Origin: Torpedo marmorata
Lineage: Eukaryota
Length of the DNA stretch: 64,000 nucleotides
Direction: 5' to 3'
Assembly (NCBI GenBank): GCA_977017645.1
Contig: OZ360242.1
Location: forward strand, 61,814,001-61,878,000
Part shown: in pieces, positions 48,813-62,504 of the stretch
Position numbering within the stretch: position 1 is the stretch's first letter
Layout of the letters: each line of letters opens with the position of its first letter
Position numbers and translations under genes: made by a program
The notes under the pieces: generated by a model
The model's input: the letters and a program-made list of their open reading frames with translations, nothing else
Told to the model about the DNA's origin: nothing
The model's database searches: none

Positions 48813-50599
48813 TGAACATTCATAGGCAATTCTGTACAAACTGTACAAATTCATTTTGAATACTTGATCCACAAATGGACAATTAAAAACTATCCTGTGG
48901 TCATGCAGAACAGACTGTGGAATAAAGAAAATTCAATTCAATGCCCAATCCTGGACAAAGAGGTATGAAAAAAATATTCAGTGGCTCAACCACCCAAAAG
49001 AAATTTACTGTACCATCTCTAGTATGATAGTCGAAGAACATTATTACATGGGAACTGCTGATCAAAATTGGCGATCAAGTTCATCTTCTATCATTCTGTT
49101 AGTTCTATGATACAATCCTGATGGGAGTTGTCAACTAATCAGAACAATCAATCTCTATCAAGAAGTCTACAGCAGACCCAGACTTGAAGTGAGGAAACTC
49201 CTAGTGGAGGTGAGATAGGTTTAAATCTGTATGTTCCTCCAAGCATGTAAGGCTTAACATATTTTAAATCTGAAATTACTTGTGTACTGTATCCCACAAT
49301 GTTATGTTCTAAAAGAAATTACCCAATTTACATTTGAATGCACCCATACAAATGCTTCAGCTATCTACTTGTTCCATAGATCTGTCAGTTCACTTAAAGA
49401 TACCAGAATGTAGTATTAGTGACAAAGCTATCAATTCATTTGCATCAAATTCCAAGGCCTGATAATTTAACAGAGAATCTGAATGCTTTTTGCTTAAAAT
49501 AGGAGACATTGTCAATTGCATGCAGTGTACTGGTGACTTTGTATGGTATAGGCAATGTATTCCTTTACATGAAATTAATTTCCAAGGCAGCTGAATGCAT
49601 TGTGAATATATTGTGAATCAAGTTCAATTGTCCAAGCAAAGATTTTTGCCCTTTATTAAAATCTTCACTAGAATTCTTTAATGCATAAGTTCGTGCAGCT
49701 CAATTTAAGTAGGCCAACCTTTTTCAACCTTAAGTATTGTGTCTTTGCCTACATGCCTGTGGGAAAATGGAACAATTTTTTAAGGAGTTTTTCAAACTAG
49801 AAGAGAGAAGGAAAATAAACTTTATGGATACTTTTAGTTATAGGAAAAAAGAGTTTAAAAGTTTTCCTTAAGATATTGTCTTCCTAAACTAAGCTCTGGT
49901 AAATATGAGCAGTGCTGGAATAGGGAAAGCTTCAGCTGAAATTAATTTACAGAGGCTAAAAGCTACTACCGATCAGTTTTTATCCATTTATTTTCTACAT
50001 TGACAAACAACCTTTGCCATCCAACCTCATCCATCAAACTTTTCTTCCTAAATATTTAACATGGTTTTTGTTTTTTTTGTGAGGCTTTGGCAGCTCCTTG
50101 GTTGATTTTTCCCCCCACTAAATGTCAACCTCATGATTAGGGGTGACATGGGCAAAGTGAAGAACCCAGTGTTCAAGAAGAGCTAATTCAGAGATAATCT
50201 TTCTCTATTTTGCATCAATTGCAATGGTGCTGTAGTAGTTTGAGGTCACTTGTGGTGTTTCCAAGTTGCAACGAACTCAGCCGCTGCAAGTCCATCATCT
50301 CATAACATTTTGGGTAACACCAAATTCCAGAGATGAAAGGTCAATGTTGTATTCCAATAGCCATCTGATTTTGATCCCCACACATTTTATTTTTAAACAC
50401 TGTTTCATGGGAAGGAAATCCAAAGCGCATAAGTGAGGACGTCGTGCTGCAATTATGTAGCACTTTGGTGAAATCACATGGCGTGCTCCACTTTGGTGGA
50501 GCACTCCATGTTCTGGTGTTCATGTTGAATGACATGTATACTTGCCTTGGAGGCAGAGCAGTCATGATTCACTAGGATGATTACTGGAATGTCCTGTGA

Positions 50600-50990
50600 A
50601 TAAAATTAGCTTTTACTCACTGGAGTTTGGTAGAAAAAGAAAAGATCTCATTGAGCTATAAAAGACTTTGAAAGGGGGGTGTGACAATGTAGCTGCTGGA
50701 AAACTCTTTTCCATTTTCTAGAGCATCTAGAACTGGGGGCGAAGTTTCAAAATAAGAAACATTCACTTTGGACTGAGTTGTGCAGAAATGTATTTGCTAA
50801 ATGGGTTGTTAATCTTTCACATTCTCTATCCCTTTAGGCTGTGAGTGCTCAGTCATTGAGAATATTCCTGGCTGATATTTTTGGACACAGGAAATTAGGG
50901 ATTATCTAAAATCCAGGCAGGAAAGTAAATTCAAGTGGAAAATCAGCCATGATCTTAGTGAATAGCAGAAAAATTTCCAGGAGTCATATT
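50600..50990 (+). mobile_element. old CR1 3' fragment
   Basis: TACTCACTGGAGTTT..AGATCTCATTGA..GGGTTGTTAATCTTT..ATCAGCCATGATCTT. Confidence 0.65.
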
Positions 50991-51489
50991 TTGCCTGTTT
51001 TTACAACCAATGTACCATGTGGTACTAGTTCCACTGTACCACAATCATTAACTGCAATTCACACTGACTTGTATTATAAAGACAGTTAACTTTTACATTG
51101 CAAAATATTTTAGCCATATTTCTATGGAAATCTATACTTGAAATTCATCAATATAAAATAGAAATGGGTCAGCCCAGAAATTACAGACTCAAGCTAAATA
51201 TAGGAACAATCCATTGTACAAGTAGGTCAGACTCGAAAATGCCAAATTTGTTAGGATGTGTGGTTTGATAGTTAAGCTTTGTTCCTGCACTCTTCAGCTG
51301 AAACATATATCATCAACAAAGTTGTTAAAAGTTCAAAGTGAACAGTGATGGCACTCCAGTGAGAGCTGCTCACAACAGGGATACTGGCGAACAACAGGAT
51401 GAACAGAGAGGTCTGAGAAATAAAAAGCACAGGGAAAGAGTAGGTGGTTTCAACATCAGGTACAGAGAGAAAAATTAAAAGTGAAATAC

Positions 51490-51735
51490 GGGCGGCACGG
51501 TTAGCGTAGCAGTTAGCGCAACACTGTTACAATGCCAGGGTTCGAATCCCACACTGTGTAAGGAGTTTGTACGTTCTCCTTGTGTCTGCGTGGGTTTCCT
51601 CCGGGTGCTCTGGTTTCCTCCCACCATTGAAAACATACAGGGAGTTGTAGGTTAATTGGGCAGCATGGGCTCGTGAGCCAAAAGGGCCTGTTACTGTGCT
51701 GTATGTCTAAAAAAAAAAAAAAATTTAAATTAAAA
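51490..51735 (+). mobile_element. HE1-like V-SINE, full length
   Basis: Starts GGGCGGCACGGTTAGCGTAGC, then GGTTCGAATCC, the V domain and an A/AAATTT tail. Confidence 0.92.
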
Positions 51736-54700
51736 ATAATTATAAAAAATTTAAAATTTAAGAAAGGGAAAAAGTTGCAGGAAAAGAAAGAAAAGGGTAC
51801 ATATATATATGATGATTCATTACAAATCTCTAGAAACCAAAGGGAATGTGATGCCTTAATGTTTATTGTTCATTTTCTAGGCAAGCAAGGTTGATAGGCA
51901 GTTGTTAGCAATTCTCAAATCCATAGAAAGGTCTTACTTTGTTAATTACAATACGTAACTTTCCGTGGTGAATTTAATGGGCAACAAATAAGCAATACGG
52001 CAACTTTATGAAATACCTTGGGAATTAAGGAAATTATGGTGTTTTCACCGAGTTAATGATGAAGTAATGCACATCCTCAGCAGTGTGTGGTAATTCGCAG
52101 TTCAAAGGGTTACTCTTGCTCACAAGTTGTTGATTTGCTCGCTAATATTGGGATACATTGTAATATTATTACTTTTTGATGATTCTGGCTTGATACATCA
52201 TATAAGTGGATCATAGTAGTCTAAAGACTGAACTATGAATGGGCAAATCTAAAGTGGAAATAAATTTATATGAAAGATTCATCAGCAGAGATGAAAGAAG
52301 CAACAATGAAGATTTTTCATTCAGGGTTTTATATTGATTAAAATGGTAAACATCCACTTTGTTGTGAGAATATTACTTTATCTACTGAAAGAATTTATAC
52401 ATTAGCACAGCTTGAGGCTCTAATTTCAGCTTGAAATACACGTCACTCCATACGATTGCCACATTTTCGCATTTAGAGTTGTCGGTGAGGCCATTACCTG
52501 ATCCCCAATTTTAGAAGTTGCTATCTGGGCACCTAGTTTTACAATATTCTTCCCATTTTTAGCCCCAATTTCACGCTATCTCCTCTTTCTCACCCTCTTT
52601 TAGCCCAAGTGGCATCCCTTTGGAGGAGAGGACAGAGGACAACACTACTGATCTTCCAACAATCCTTCAACTCTATGGCCAATTTTTTCATCTAGCCATT
52701 CTGTTGCTGCCAGAATTACCCAGTTAGAGAGGCAACAGGGTTCAAGAGGCTGATTAATTATTTCTACCTAAATGTGCACGTTTCACTTTATACTTTTGAT
52801 TATTCTAAGTATGGCAGCAATCTCGTGCTGAGTCTCTATTGCAGCATGGCCTCTGATATAAACTGCACTGTTTATCAACCAATCGTTAATAAAATATGGC
52901 ATCTGAGATGTATTTATTTAAAACACTGTACATATTATGAGTGGCTGCTAAAGGTCACAATTGATAAAGTTTACCGTGCCTAGAAATCTGTATGAAAAAT
53001 GCTTTACTGAAACAAAAATGCATTTGAACTCACAGTCCAACTCAGTTCTGCTTCACCTTCTAGTCCATAGTCTCTGGAAATTTCAGAAAGAGCACTTGTC
53101 CCAGTTGGCCATTCAGAGATCATCACTGTTAATATCCTTTCAAACTTTGTTTGGGTGAATTGATCATCCAGAACAATTGATTATCTGTTGACTCTGCAAA
53201 GAAATCTATGGTCTTCTAACATGTTGCTCTTGGAGATTTACATCCAATGGTCTAAATCATCCACATCTTGCACAGAATACAGTAAATCAAACAGATTTAA
53301 AACACTATTTAATGTTGCGTGTTGGTACAAGATGGAACTCCTTCTTGTTCCTGGTAAGTACCTTATTATGCAGAAAATAGTGGTGTGAATTTCATACCAA
53401 TTGATATATGATCTAATACTTCTAAGGAGCTTTGGTCATTGCTAATACTAAAGTGATAATTGGATCCTGGTTTAATAGGAATGATATATTTGGGAATTTT
53501 TAAACCAATCACACATAATAACCATCCAGAGAATGGAAGACATCTTACAGTCTACTGTAACCACAAAATGTTACATACAATTAGCTTTGAAAGTAATCAC
53601 AGTTTAAATAAAAGTGGTGGGCTTCAATTGATCCCACCTTTTATTAAGGCCTGGTTTAAAAAAAAGCTAAGTTTTGAAATGCTCTTCCTGCATGCATCTG
53701 AGGTATTTCATACTGTGGCATGTGTGTTAAATGTGCTTTCTTTGTATTTGTGAAGACTGTAAATTGTGTTTATTTGGCATTGCATGAAAAGCAAAAAGTA
53801 TATCATCACGAGGAAATAAATGTGTGTAAATAAACATTTTCTGCAACTTGAACTGCAGTATCTTGCATACATCAGCAGACCTGAAATTTTTGCTTTAATA
53901 CTTAATTATTAGCATATACTTAATACATTTTCCATCACTGAAAGAGGATGAACATTCCATTATGATACCATGTAATATGTAAATAATAATGTAAATGATA
54001 ATGTAAAACTGCTAATTATTGATATAAAAGCTATGTCCTGGAGTAGTTTTGTAATTAGTTGATTGACTGGATCTTTAGCTCTTTATATCCAGTCTTATCA
54101 TCTGAATCTCTGTTTTTGCATCAAGGTATTGATAGGTACACAGTGTCCATTGTATATTATTCACACAGTTGTCACTTTAACATCCTGTATTCCCAGCATC
54201 AGCAGAAATTCTGAGGGAGTTATGATAAATAATCAGATATAGTGTGACGTTTGCAATGCATGTCTCTGTGCGTGCCAAATTGCTGATAGCATAGTTTCTG
54301 TTCTTAATTCTGTTCATTGTAGTTGGCTGCAAAAACAAATTGAAATGTAATGTGTTTTTGTTTTAAGTCTGCATGACTCCACAACTATGTTCACTTTGTT
54401 CTGAAAGTGCAGTATTATTAATTCCTGAGATGTGATTTTATGTTTGATATATGTGCTTACCCTCATGTTATGGTTTCTATAACATAATAAACCATACTAA
54501 GGCATTTTACAGGAGTGTAATAATGTAAATTTTGACACTGATTCACAAAAAGAGATAAAAGGCCAAATGTTGTGTCTAAGAGGTAGGAACTCCGTAACAT
54601 TTGGAGAGGCCGAAAGGTTTAAATATGGAAATCCAGAGCTTTGTCTCTTGATTTAGCTCAAAGTGCAGCAGCTGGTTGTGAAGGAATTAAAATCAGGAAT

Positions 54701-55099
54701 GTGGAAGAGGCCAAAATGGGAAGAGAGCAAGAATTTCAAAAGGGCTGACAGATGTTAGAGAAACAAGGAGTGGACAAAATTTGAAACCAAGGATGAGAAC
54801 GTCAAAATCAAGGCATTGTCAGAATGAGGCAATGTAGTTCAGTCAGCATAGGGTAGCGAGTGGACAGAACTTGTAGTTTAGGACATAGATGGTGGAACTT
54901 TGTCATTGTATGGCAAAGCATGAATTCAAATTATGTAAAGTCACATATACATGTGAAATATTCCTTTTATATACAGTAGTTTGTAGAAGTAAAGATTGGC
55001 ATTTTTCTCTTACATGAAAGGAATCATAGCGCATTGTCTTTAGCAGCCAGGCACTTGATTTGTTGGGTGTCATGGTGATAAGAGAAGCATTCTATTAGG

Positions 55100-55500
55100 A
55101 AGAAAAAACAAAATCATGTATGCATACAATGCCTTTGATGACCAGGACATTTTGACTTCTTTACAGCCAGTACTGTACTGCACTAAAGAGTAAACACTGT
55201 TTTAATATAGGAAACATGACAAAAGCTCCCACTAACAGTAATGTTGTAATGATGAAATTATTATTTTTAACTGAGGGATAACTGTTTGCAAGGAGAGTTG
55301 GGCGAACTCCCTTGTTTTTATTCAAATTAGTTCTATGGAATCTTTTACAACTTTCTGAAAGAGCATTTGGAGGTTCATCTCAAAGAAGACCCCTTAACAA
55401 TGCAGCAGCATCTCAACACTGTCCTGGGATGTGAGCATGGATATTTATATTGTGAAACTACTCATATCCCTGTATGAGAGACTTGAATCCACAACCTCTT
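55100..55500 (-). mobile_element. old Deu-domain SINE
   Basis: Reverse complement of the Deu-SINE tail and body (CTTTACAGCC..GGAAAC..AAAGCTCCCAC.AACAG..ACTGAGGGATAA..AATGCAGCA..CTC); diverged. Confidence 0.5.
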
Positions 55501-57256
55501 GATTCAGGTACACCTTCAGGTAGCAGGAAATCCTGAATTGGTGTGTGCGTGGGGGTGGGGTGGGGGGATTGGTTTAAGAATTATGAACACAGATACAAAT
55601 GAGAAATGTCAGACTGAGACTTCACGTCGCAGATTTTCTAGAGCGGCTTTTTGCTTTTCTCTCACATACAGAAAACTCACAAATTTACAACCTAAAAGGC
55701 AGGAAATTTACTTTGAAGGCAAGCATTTGTACTCTGTAACTTCAGAGCTAGGCAGTGTCAACTAGCCTCATGTCTCTGTGGAAAGAGGCCCACATTGCAA
55801 GCCTGAATTGACTTACAGGTTTGCCTGCCCATAGCTACACTTGTGAATGTGACACATCAAGGCTATGTTGCTCGCGACCTGTTTGAGGGACAGATCACAA
55901 CTTTCTTTGAAAGCAAAGGCATTGACTGAGCCAATAAAAAAGCATTTCAATGAAAAAAAATCTAAATTTATGAAAACGTGCTGAGAAAAAGGACTAAGTA
56001 TTGGCTGCAATTTCCTTCAAAGCAAATTCAGTGCCGAAAGCTTCATATGAATATTTGTCAAAATTACACAATGGCTTGAGAACAAGTGAATCAATAGATC
56101 CTTTGTCTAACTATTTAGAAAACCTGCCCATCACTTTTTCCTCAATGTTTTTAGGCCAACATAGGAGGATAGAAAGGCTCTTCTGTTATCTTGCCTCAAT
56201 TAGGTTCTCTGTTTCTTTTTTATTTTTCGTGTTGATCTCCTTTGACTGAAAGATGAATTCTAAAGAGCATATCTCACCCCACCCTCTCTTTTATACAGTT
56301 CTGTGGTTAATGTACTTCTTTGAAAGACATGGTTGTGAGCTGCTACATACTGTAGTTCCAAATAAGCTCCACAATACCACAGATAGGAGCATCTAAAAGC
56401 TGTTAACTCCTGTTTCCAGGATTGCACTTCTTATTCAGTTCTTCCTCCAGATAACCTGACGGTGGTTTTACTAATAACATCGAGAACTAAATCGGTAGAG
56501 TTTGGAAGTGTGTTTTGTGGAAGTATCATTGTTTCTATGGTGAGTGACTAAATGGTATGGTAGTTCTGTATTTTTATACTCGACATTGACCTTTTGTTTT
56601 TTTCTTTTACACAACCTCTTTCAGGCTGCACCAACTAAGCTTGTTGTGGAACCCATAATTTGATGGGCACATATAGGAATGAAAAGATTGGCAGGAGCAG
56701 ATATAAATTATGCTGCAGTTAAAATATTAGTTAATGTAGTAACAATCTTCAAAGCATTTACAATTGTGAAGTGGTTTGTCTGCTGAAGCTCAGAACAAAT
56801 GTGATGGTTAGAACCCTGCATTTTAAAAATAGCATGTAGAAATCTGAACATTTTTTTTTTCAGTTTTTGCTTATTGTAGGAGAGGGTAAATGCAGCAAAC
56901 TTTACAGCAAGCAGTTATGGTGCTGATTCTTTAAAGTTTTATTCCTGTGATTAGGCAGATCAGTTTTAGTGGAAATCTGAAATGTAACCTAGCCAGCACA
57001 ATTTCAAATGCACTTTGGGTGATTTTTTTCCAAAGTAGAAATGTGTTTGAGGATAACTTCAAATATGCATGTGACATCTGAAGTGGTCACATTGCATAGA
57101 AAGCCCATCAAGGAAGATGCAATCCTGTTGCAATTTTGGTCCTAATATTCAATGTGCCAATTGGGCCTCCGTATCTTCAAATTAATTGGTTTGTAATTGA
57201 ATCTTCTTATTCTGGTGCATAAACATTCTTAATATTTTTCTGTTTCTTTTCTTAAG

Positions 57257-57395
57257 AATGATCTGATGGAATGGCTCTCAATCATTGGCCTTGCTCAATA
57301 TTACAAGACACTCGTAGAGAATGGTTATGAAAATATTGAGTTTATCACTGATATCACGTGGGAGGACCTTCAAGAAATTGGCATCACAAAGTTGG
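57257..57395 (+). CDS. CASKIN1: CASKIN1 SAM2 exon
   Basis: tttctgtttcttttcttaag|AAT...TTGG|gtgagt, 139 nt, phase 0-1. Encodes [46 protein letters not shown](G). [32 protein letters not shown] is diagnostic of CASKIN1 rather than CASKIN2. Confidence 0.97.
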
Positions 57396-57759
57396 GTGAG
57401 TGGTGGTCATCCTAGACTTGCCTTTCCATTTTTGTTGGGTTGTTTTACGTGCTTTGTGATTGCGGCCCAAATGTGAGCTGACAGTTGTTTGTAACATCAA
57501 AGAATCTTACGATGAAGGAGCCATCGTGTTACTTTGTTGGTATTTTCCATTGTTGTAGAGTATGTGTGCTCAATGGCTTCTTAACTTTTAACAAAGATTG
57601 CTGCAGAGCATGAGTTGTGTGGAACTCAACTGTTTATTCAAGCTTTCTAAAAACAGTTAAAACCCTGTGAAGTTAGTCACATGACACAATTCTTACAGGG
57701 GGTGAAAGTCTTAAAGTAACAAGCATTGTTCATAATTAATAATATGGAGTTATAGGGCA

Positions 57760-58200
57760 ATCAAACAGGTTCTTCAGCTGTGTCTATGCCAGTCATTGTG
57801 CCTAGAAATACCAAACCTGTTTTTCAGTTCCAAGCCCTAGCCTCCATCTATGTCATTGCATTTTAAGTGCTCATTCTTAAATGTTGGAGTTGAACCTGCA
57901 TTTACCAATGCCTCAGGAAATGAATTACAGATTTCAACCACACTTCCAAGTCCCCTTACCTTAAACCTATGTCCTCTGATTATAGATAGTTCTGCTGGGG
58001 AGGTAAGCTTCTATCTATCTTATCTTGGCTTCTCAGAATTTTGTATACCTCAGTTGGGTCTCTTCTCAGCTTTCTCTTCTCGAAGAAAAACAAATTTGGC
58101 CTATCCGGGAAGTCATCATGCTGCAACTCTCCATCGCAGGAAACAGCCTGATAAATCTCCTTTGCGCTCACTCCAGAGCAATCACATTGTCCCATAGTGC
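57760..58200 (-). mobile_element. old CR1 fragment
   Basis: ORF 57980-58282 contains FEKRKLRRDPTEVYKILRSQDKID. Confidence 0.7.
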
Positions 58201-58779
58201 AGTGATTCATATTACAAAACCTTTCAAATGTTCCCTTTCCTTTTGCAATGATACCAATGCTTCCAACAGGCAGAACCAGCAATGTTTTTCCAAAACGAAT
58301 GATTGAAGTTTATTGTCATTATACATATGTGCAATGTATAGATGTAAAGAAAGTCTGACTTGTAGCTTCTCGGGTACAAAAAGAAGCACAACACATAAGA
58401 GAAAATATATATAAGAAAGAGGAAAAATAAAAAGAACAATTGGAAATAAATCATGAAAATTGGATTGAGTCAATAGTGCAGTTGGTCTTGAATCGAGTGA
58501 GGACAGTGCAGGGAAGTTCAAGAGCCTGATAGTTGTGGAAAAATAATCTCAAAAGTGCAATAATTCTGCTTTCCAAATGATGCTATTTAAAAGAAACCTA
58601 AATCAGCAGTTAAAATGGTGCTGTTTGCAATTTCTCAGACCAACTGAATTTTATGTGGTAGAGTAGTGGTTATTCAACCTGCAGCCAGAGATCTGGACCA
58701 GAGACAAAAATTCAAATCCCATCATGCCACCTGGGAAATTCAAATTCAAGCAATTCAATGAATATCAAAAACTTATGAT

Positions 58780-59180
58780 GTTAATTAGAAAGGCTAATGG
58801 AATATTGCACTTTTTTGGAAGGGATATGAAGAATAAAAGTAGGAACGTTTTGATGTAACTTTATTGTCCTGGTGAATCTACTGCTGGAGAACTACATGCA
58901 AATTCGGTCTCCATATTTAAGGAAGTATAAACTTGCACTAAGGCAGGGTTATTAGGTTGATTTCTGGGATGAAAGGTTCAACATATGAAGAGAGGTTGGC
59001 CTATATTAATTGGACTTTAGAAGAATGGAAAGCAATCTTATTGAAACAGATCTGATTCTGAGAGAGTTAAAGGATATGAGAGAGGAAGAAAATGGTATTG
59101 AAGTCAACAATAGACCAACCATATTATGAAGTGTGGCATAGGCTCAATAAACTGATTGGCCTACTCCTGTTCCTATTTAG
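58780..59180 (+). mobile_element. old CR1 fragment
   Basis: AAGGCTAATGGAATATTG..AATTCGGTCTCCATATTTAAGGAAG..TATGAAGAGAGGTTGG..GGCCTACTCCTGTTCCTATTT. Confidence 0.65.
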
Positions 59181-59329
59181 TAGTACCTGATAGTCTGTCA
59201 CTCTGTTCAGTACTGAATACTAGCCTATATTCTTGTGCGTTTTTGGAGTGGTGCTTGAAACTGCTGACTCAGTGATGAGTACGCCACTCAATATAGATCG
59301 AATTGGGTATAAACAAAAATAAGGGCTTT

Positions 59330-59855
59330 CAAACTTCTACATATATACCAACTGGTTTTTATCACAGCCTGTTTTGGTAATACTAGAAGGCTGCAGAAAA
59401 TAGCAAACATAACCAAGTTCCTAATGGGTGCCAACCTCCCATTCACTGAAGACACGTGAGACACTGCCTCAAGACGGCAGCCAAAATTATATAGGACCCC
59501 CATCACCCAGGTCACAACCTCTTCTTACTGCTACCTTTGAGAGAAAGGGACAGAAGCCTGAAATCCAGCACCTCTAGTTTCAAGATCAGTTTCTTATTTT
59601 CCAACAGCTATCAGTCTTTTGAACCTCACCTTACTACCCAAACTTTAAACCACTCCAGAACCACAAAAAGATCTGTCTGCACTATTGAATAGACACTATT
59701 TTCTCGCACTAGCTGCAACTGTGAATAATTATTTATCTTTTATATTTATTATTTCCACCTATCTAGTGGTAATTTAATGTACTGTATATTATTATAGTGT
59801 TTTTTTAATGTAAAAGTATCTGTTTGGCTGCAGCAAGAATTTCAGTGCATATGCA
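59330..59855 (+). mobile_element. old Rex1/Babar 3' fragment
   Basis: CATCACCCAGGTCACAACCTCTTCTTACTGCTACC (HHPGHNLFLLLP), followed by a tail containing GAATTTCAGTGCATATG. Confidence 0.7.
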
Positions 59856-59867
59856 ACAATACTATAA

Positions 59868-60138
59868 TTTATTTAAATTTTTTAAATTTAAATTTAGACA
59901 TACAGCACGGTAACAGGCCCTTTCAGCCCACAAGCTGTGCCGCCCAATTACTCCCAATTGACCTACAACCCCCAGTACGTTTTGAAGGGTGGGAGGAAAG
60001 CGGAGCCCCTGGGGAAAACCCACGCAGACACGGGGAGCAAGTATAAACTCCTTACAGACAGCGTGGAATTCGAACCCCAGTCCCGATCGCTGGCGCTGTA
60101 ACAGCGTTGCGCTAACCGCTACGCCAACCGTGCCGCCC
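59868..60138 (-). mobile_element. HE1-like V-SINE, full length
   Basis: The minus strand starts GGGCGGCACGGTTGGCGTAGCGG, then B box GGTTCGAATTCC, the V domain and an (AAATTT)n tail. Confidence 0.92.
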
Positions 60139-60835
60139 TATTTATCATTAACATTGAGATGCTCAAAACACAAATGTTGATAAACACGAATGAAGATGAT
60201 CATTTGGCAGGGGTCTGTCTCAGCACGTGCTCTTGAGTGCGAAACTGAGCAGTGTTTTATTATAAAGCTCAATGGAGAAAGAGGACTTGTGAAGAGTAAA
60301 ATTGGCACTAGATTTACAATTACCCTGTACTCGCAAAGTAATAAAAGCTTCTTAGTTAAAAGTCAGGGGAGTGGGTAGTGTTGTACTGTCCTATATTGAA
60401 TGGCACAAATAGAATCCTTTCACTATTTTTATTGAGGATATTTTTGACCTGTCTTCAGAGCTCATGGACTTGAGAAATTGTAGCAAAGAAGATAACCATT
60501 CATCATATTTTTTGACAGTGCATTTCTCAACCATGGATGCATGGAGAACGAGTGCTGACATTCTTAGTACTCCCAAAGGCACTTCTATTTCTTACAAAGC
60601 CTTTCAGTATTTTTCAGGACATCGATAAGCTTTCTGTTTCTAATGAAGTTGTTTCAGTATAATCATTGTTGTAAAGTGGAGAACACAACAGCCGATCTGT
60701 GCACATGACCTCCTACTAGAACCAACATGATAAACTGAATCATGTTGAATGAGATATAAATATTGGATTGGCTACCTGAATAAAATTCCCCTGCTCTTCT
60801 CTATGTCGTGGCATCTTTTATATACCCATGAGTAC

Positions 60836-61350
60836 TTCAGATTCAGATTTATTGTCAGAGTACATACATGACATCACATACAACCGAGAATCTTTTTTCC
60901 CTCGGGCAAGGCAGAATTACCACTTATTGGCAGTGCAAACAAACACTGACTCAACGTACACATGTAAATAAAGGAAGAAATGTAAACACAACTGTCTGTG
61001 CAATACAGAGAAAAAATAATCAATAAAGTGCAAAAGTAAGAGTCCTTAAGTAAGTCCCTGACTGAGTTTGTTGTTGAGGAGTCTGATGGTGGAGGGGTAG
61101 CAGCTGTTCCTGAACCTGGAGGTGCGAGACTTGTGGCACCTATACCTCTTTCCTGATGGTAGAAGCGAGAACAGAGCGTGTGCTGGGTGGTGTGGATTCT
61201 TGATGATTGCACCTGCTCTCCGACGGCAGCGTTCCCTGTAGATGTTCTTGACGGTGGGGAGAGTTTTACCCGTGATGTCCTGGGCTGTGTCCACTACCTT
61301 TTGCAGGGCTTTACGCTCAGGGGTATTGGTGTCCCCATACCAGACTGTGA
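60836..61350 (-). mobile_element. Rex1/Babar family B 3' fragment
   Basis: Near-identical to 28878-29400; ORF ..[26 protein letters not shown]. Confidence 0.92.
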
Positions 61351-62504
61351 TGTTAGATTACATCTCATCTCAAAATCTTCTCCTTCAATAGAGTACGACT
61401 AGCAATGCACTGCAAGCATCATTCTGGACCAAGGTTTTGGTACTTTTGATCATGAACGTAAGAATCAGAGGTAGGAATAAGATACCTGAGCCTTCACTTC
61501 TGCACTGCTATTCATTGGGATCACAGCTGATCTACTGCAGCACCATTTTTCTCCACTATTCCCATATTACTTCATTATCTTAATATTCAGAAATCTATCA
61601 ATCCCTTTTCTGAATGAACTCAGAAAGTGAGCCTGTGACAGCCCTCTTAGAGATTTCCAAAGATTCACTGCACATTGAGTGAAAACAATTCTCAGCTTAC
61701 TCCTAAACTGTTCAACATTTATTCTGAAATTAAATTTAGTTCCAGACTCCTCAGGGAAAACATAGTCCCTGCAGCCACCCAGTAAGAATGTTCTAAGTTT
61801 CTAAACTTTATCTGCTGACTCTACTTTCTTTTATTATTTCTTCTCTGTGCTGTTATTATATCTTTCATTATAAATTCTGGCATTTTCCCAACTGCTCTTA
61901 TGTTAATAGGATGGCAATTTTCTCCCTCCTTTCTAAAATGGTGAGGTTAGATTTGCTACCCTTTAATCTGCGGGAACCAGTCCAGAATCTATAGTTTTGA
62001 GAAATAACCCGTGTTAACTATATCCATTCCCATCTTTTAAAATTCAGAGTTAGATTGTCATATCCTGACCCATTGGCTTTTAATTCTCACCAAATTCTTC
62101 AGTACTTTTTAAACTAGTTTCCCTTAGCTTTGTTCTTACTCAGTTCCTCATTCTTATTAAACTCTCGGTTCTCCCGCCTGTTTCCGTAAAGACTAGATAT
62201 TTAATTCCTCCACCATTTCACGTAAATTCTCATCTATCAAGGACTCACATTCGTTGAGTCTTTCGTTTTGTGCAAAGTATAGAAATCAATGGTCTGTTTC
62301 CCAACAGTCAATTCTCATATTCTTGGTCATCCTTTGCAGAATTCTGAAGTGCTCCCAAATCGAATGCCTGCTTCTAGTAACTTTAAGCTTCTTCCTTTGA
62401 TTTAACATCATTATTGCTCCTGTCAACCATCAATGGATCACTATTCGTTCTAGTTCCTTGTGTCGATGATTTGCAAAAAAAAAAAAAAAAAAAATCCTTT
62501 ATTT

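Noticed and set aside
51490-51560. tRNA genes at the A/B-box sequences (also near 23600, 41420, 46250 and 60060)
   Set aside because: There is no complete cloverleaf, and they match or continue into the V-SINE body, so they are SINE heads.
53332-53359. perfect donor CTG|GTAAGT
   Set aside because: No convincing upstream acceptor or pyrimidine tract, and isolated donors are common in introns.
8170-57395. assignment to CASKIN2 or ANKS1
   Set aside because: The EEIWVLRK motif and the SAM2 sequence [22 protein letters not shown] match CASKIN1.
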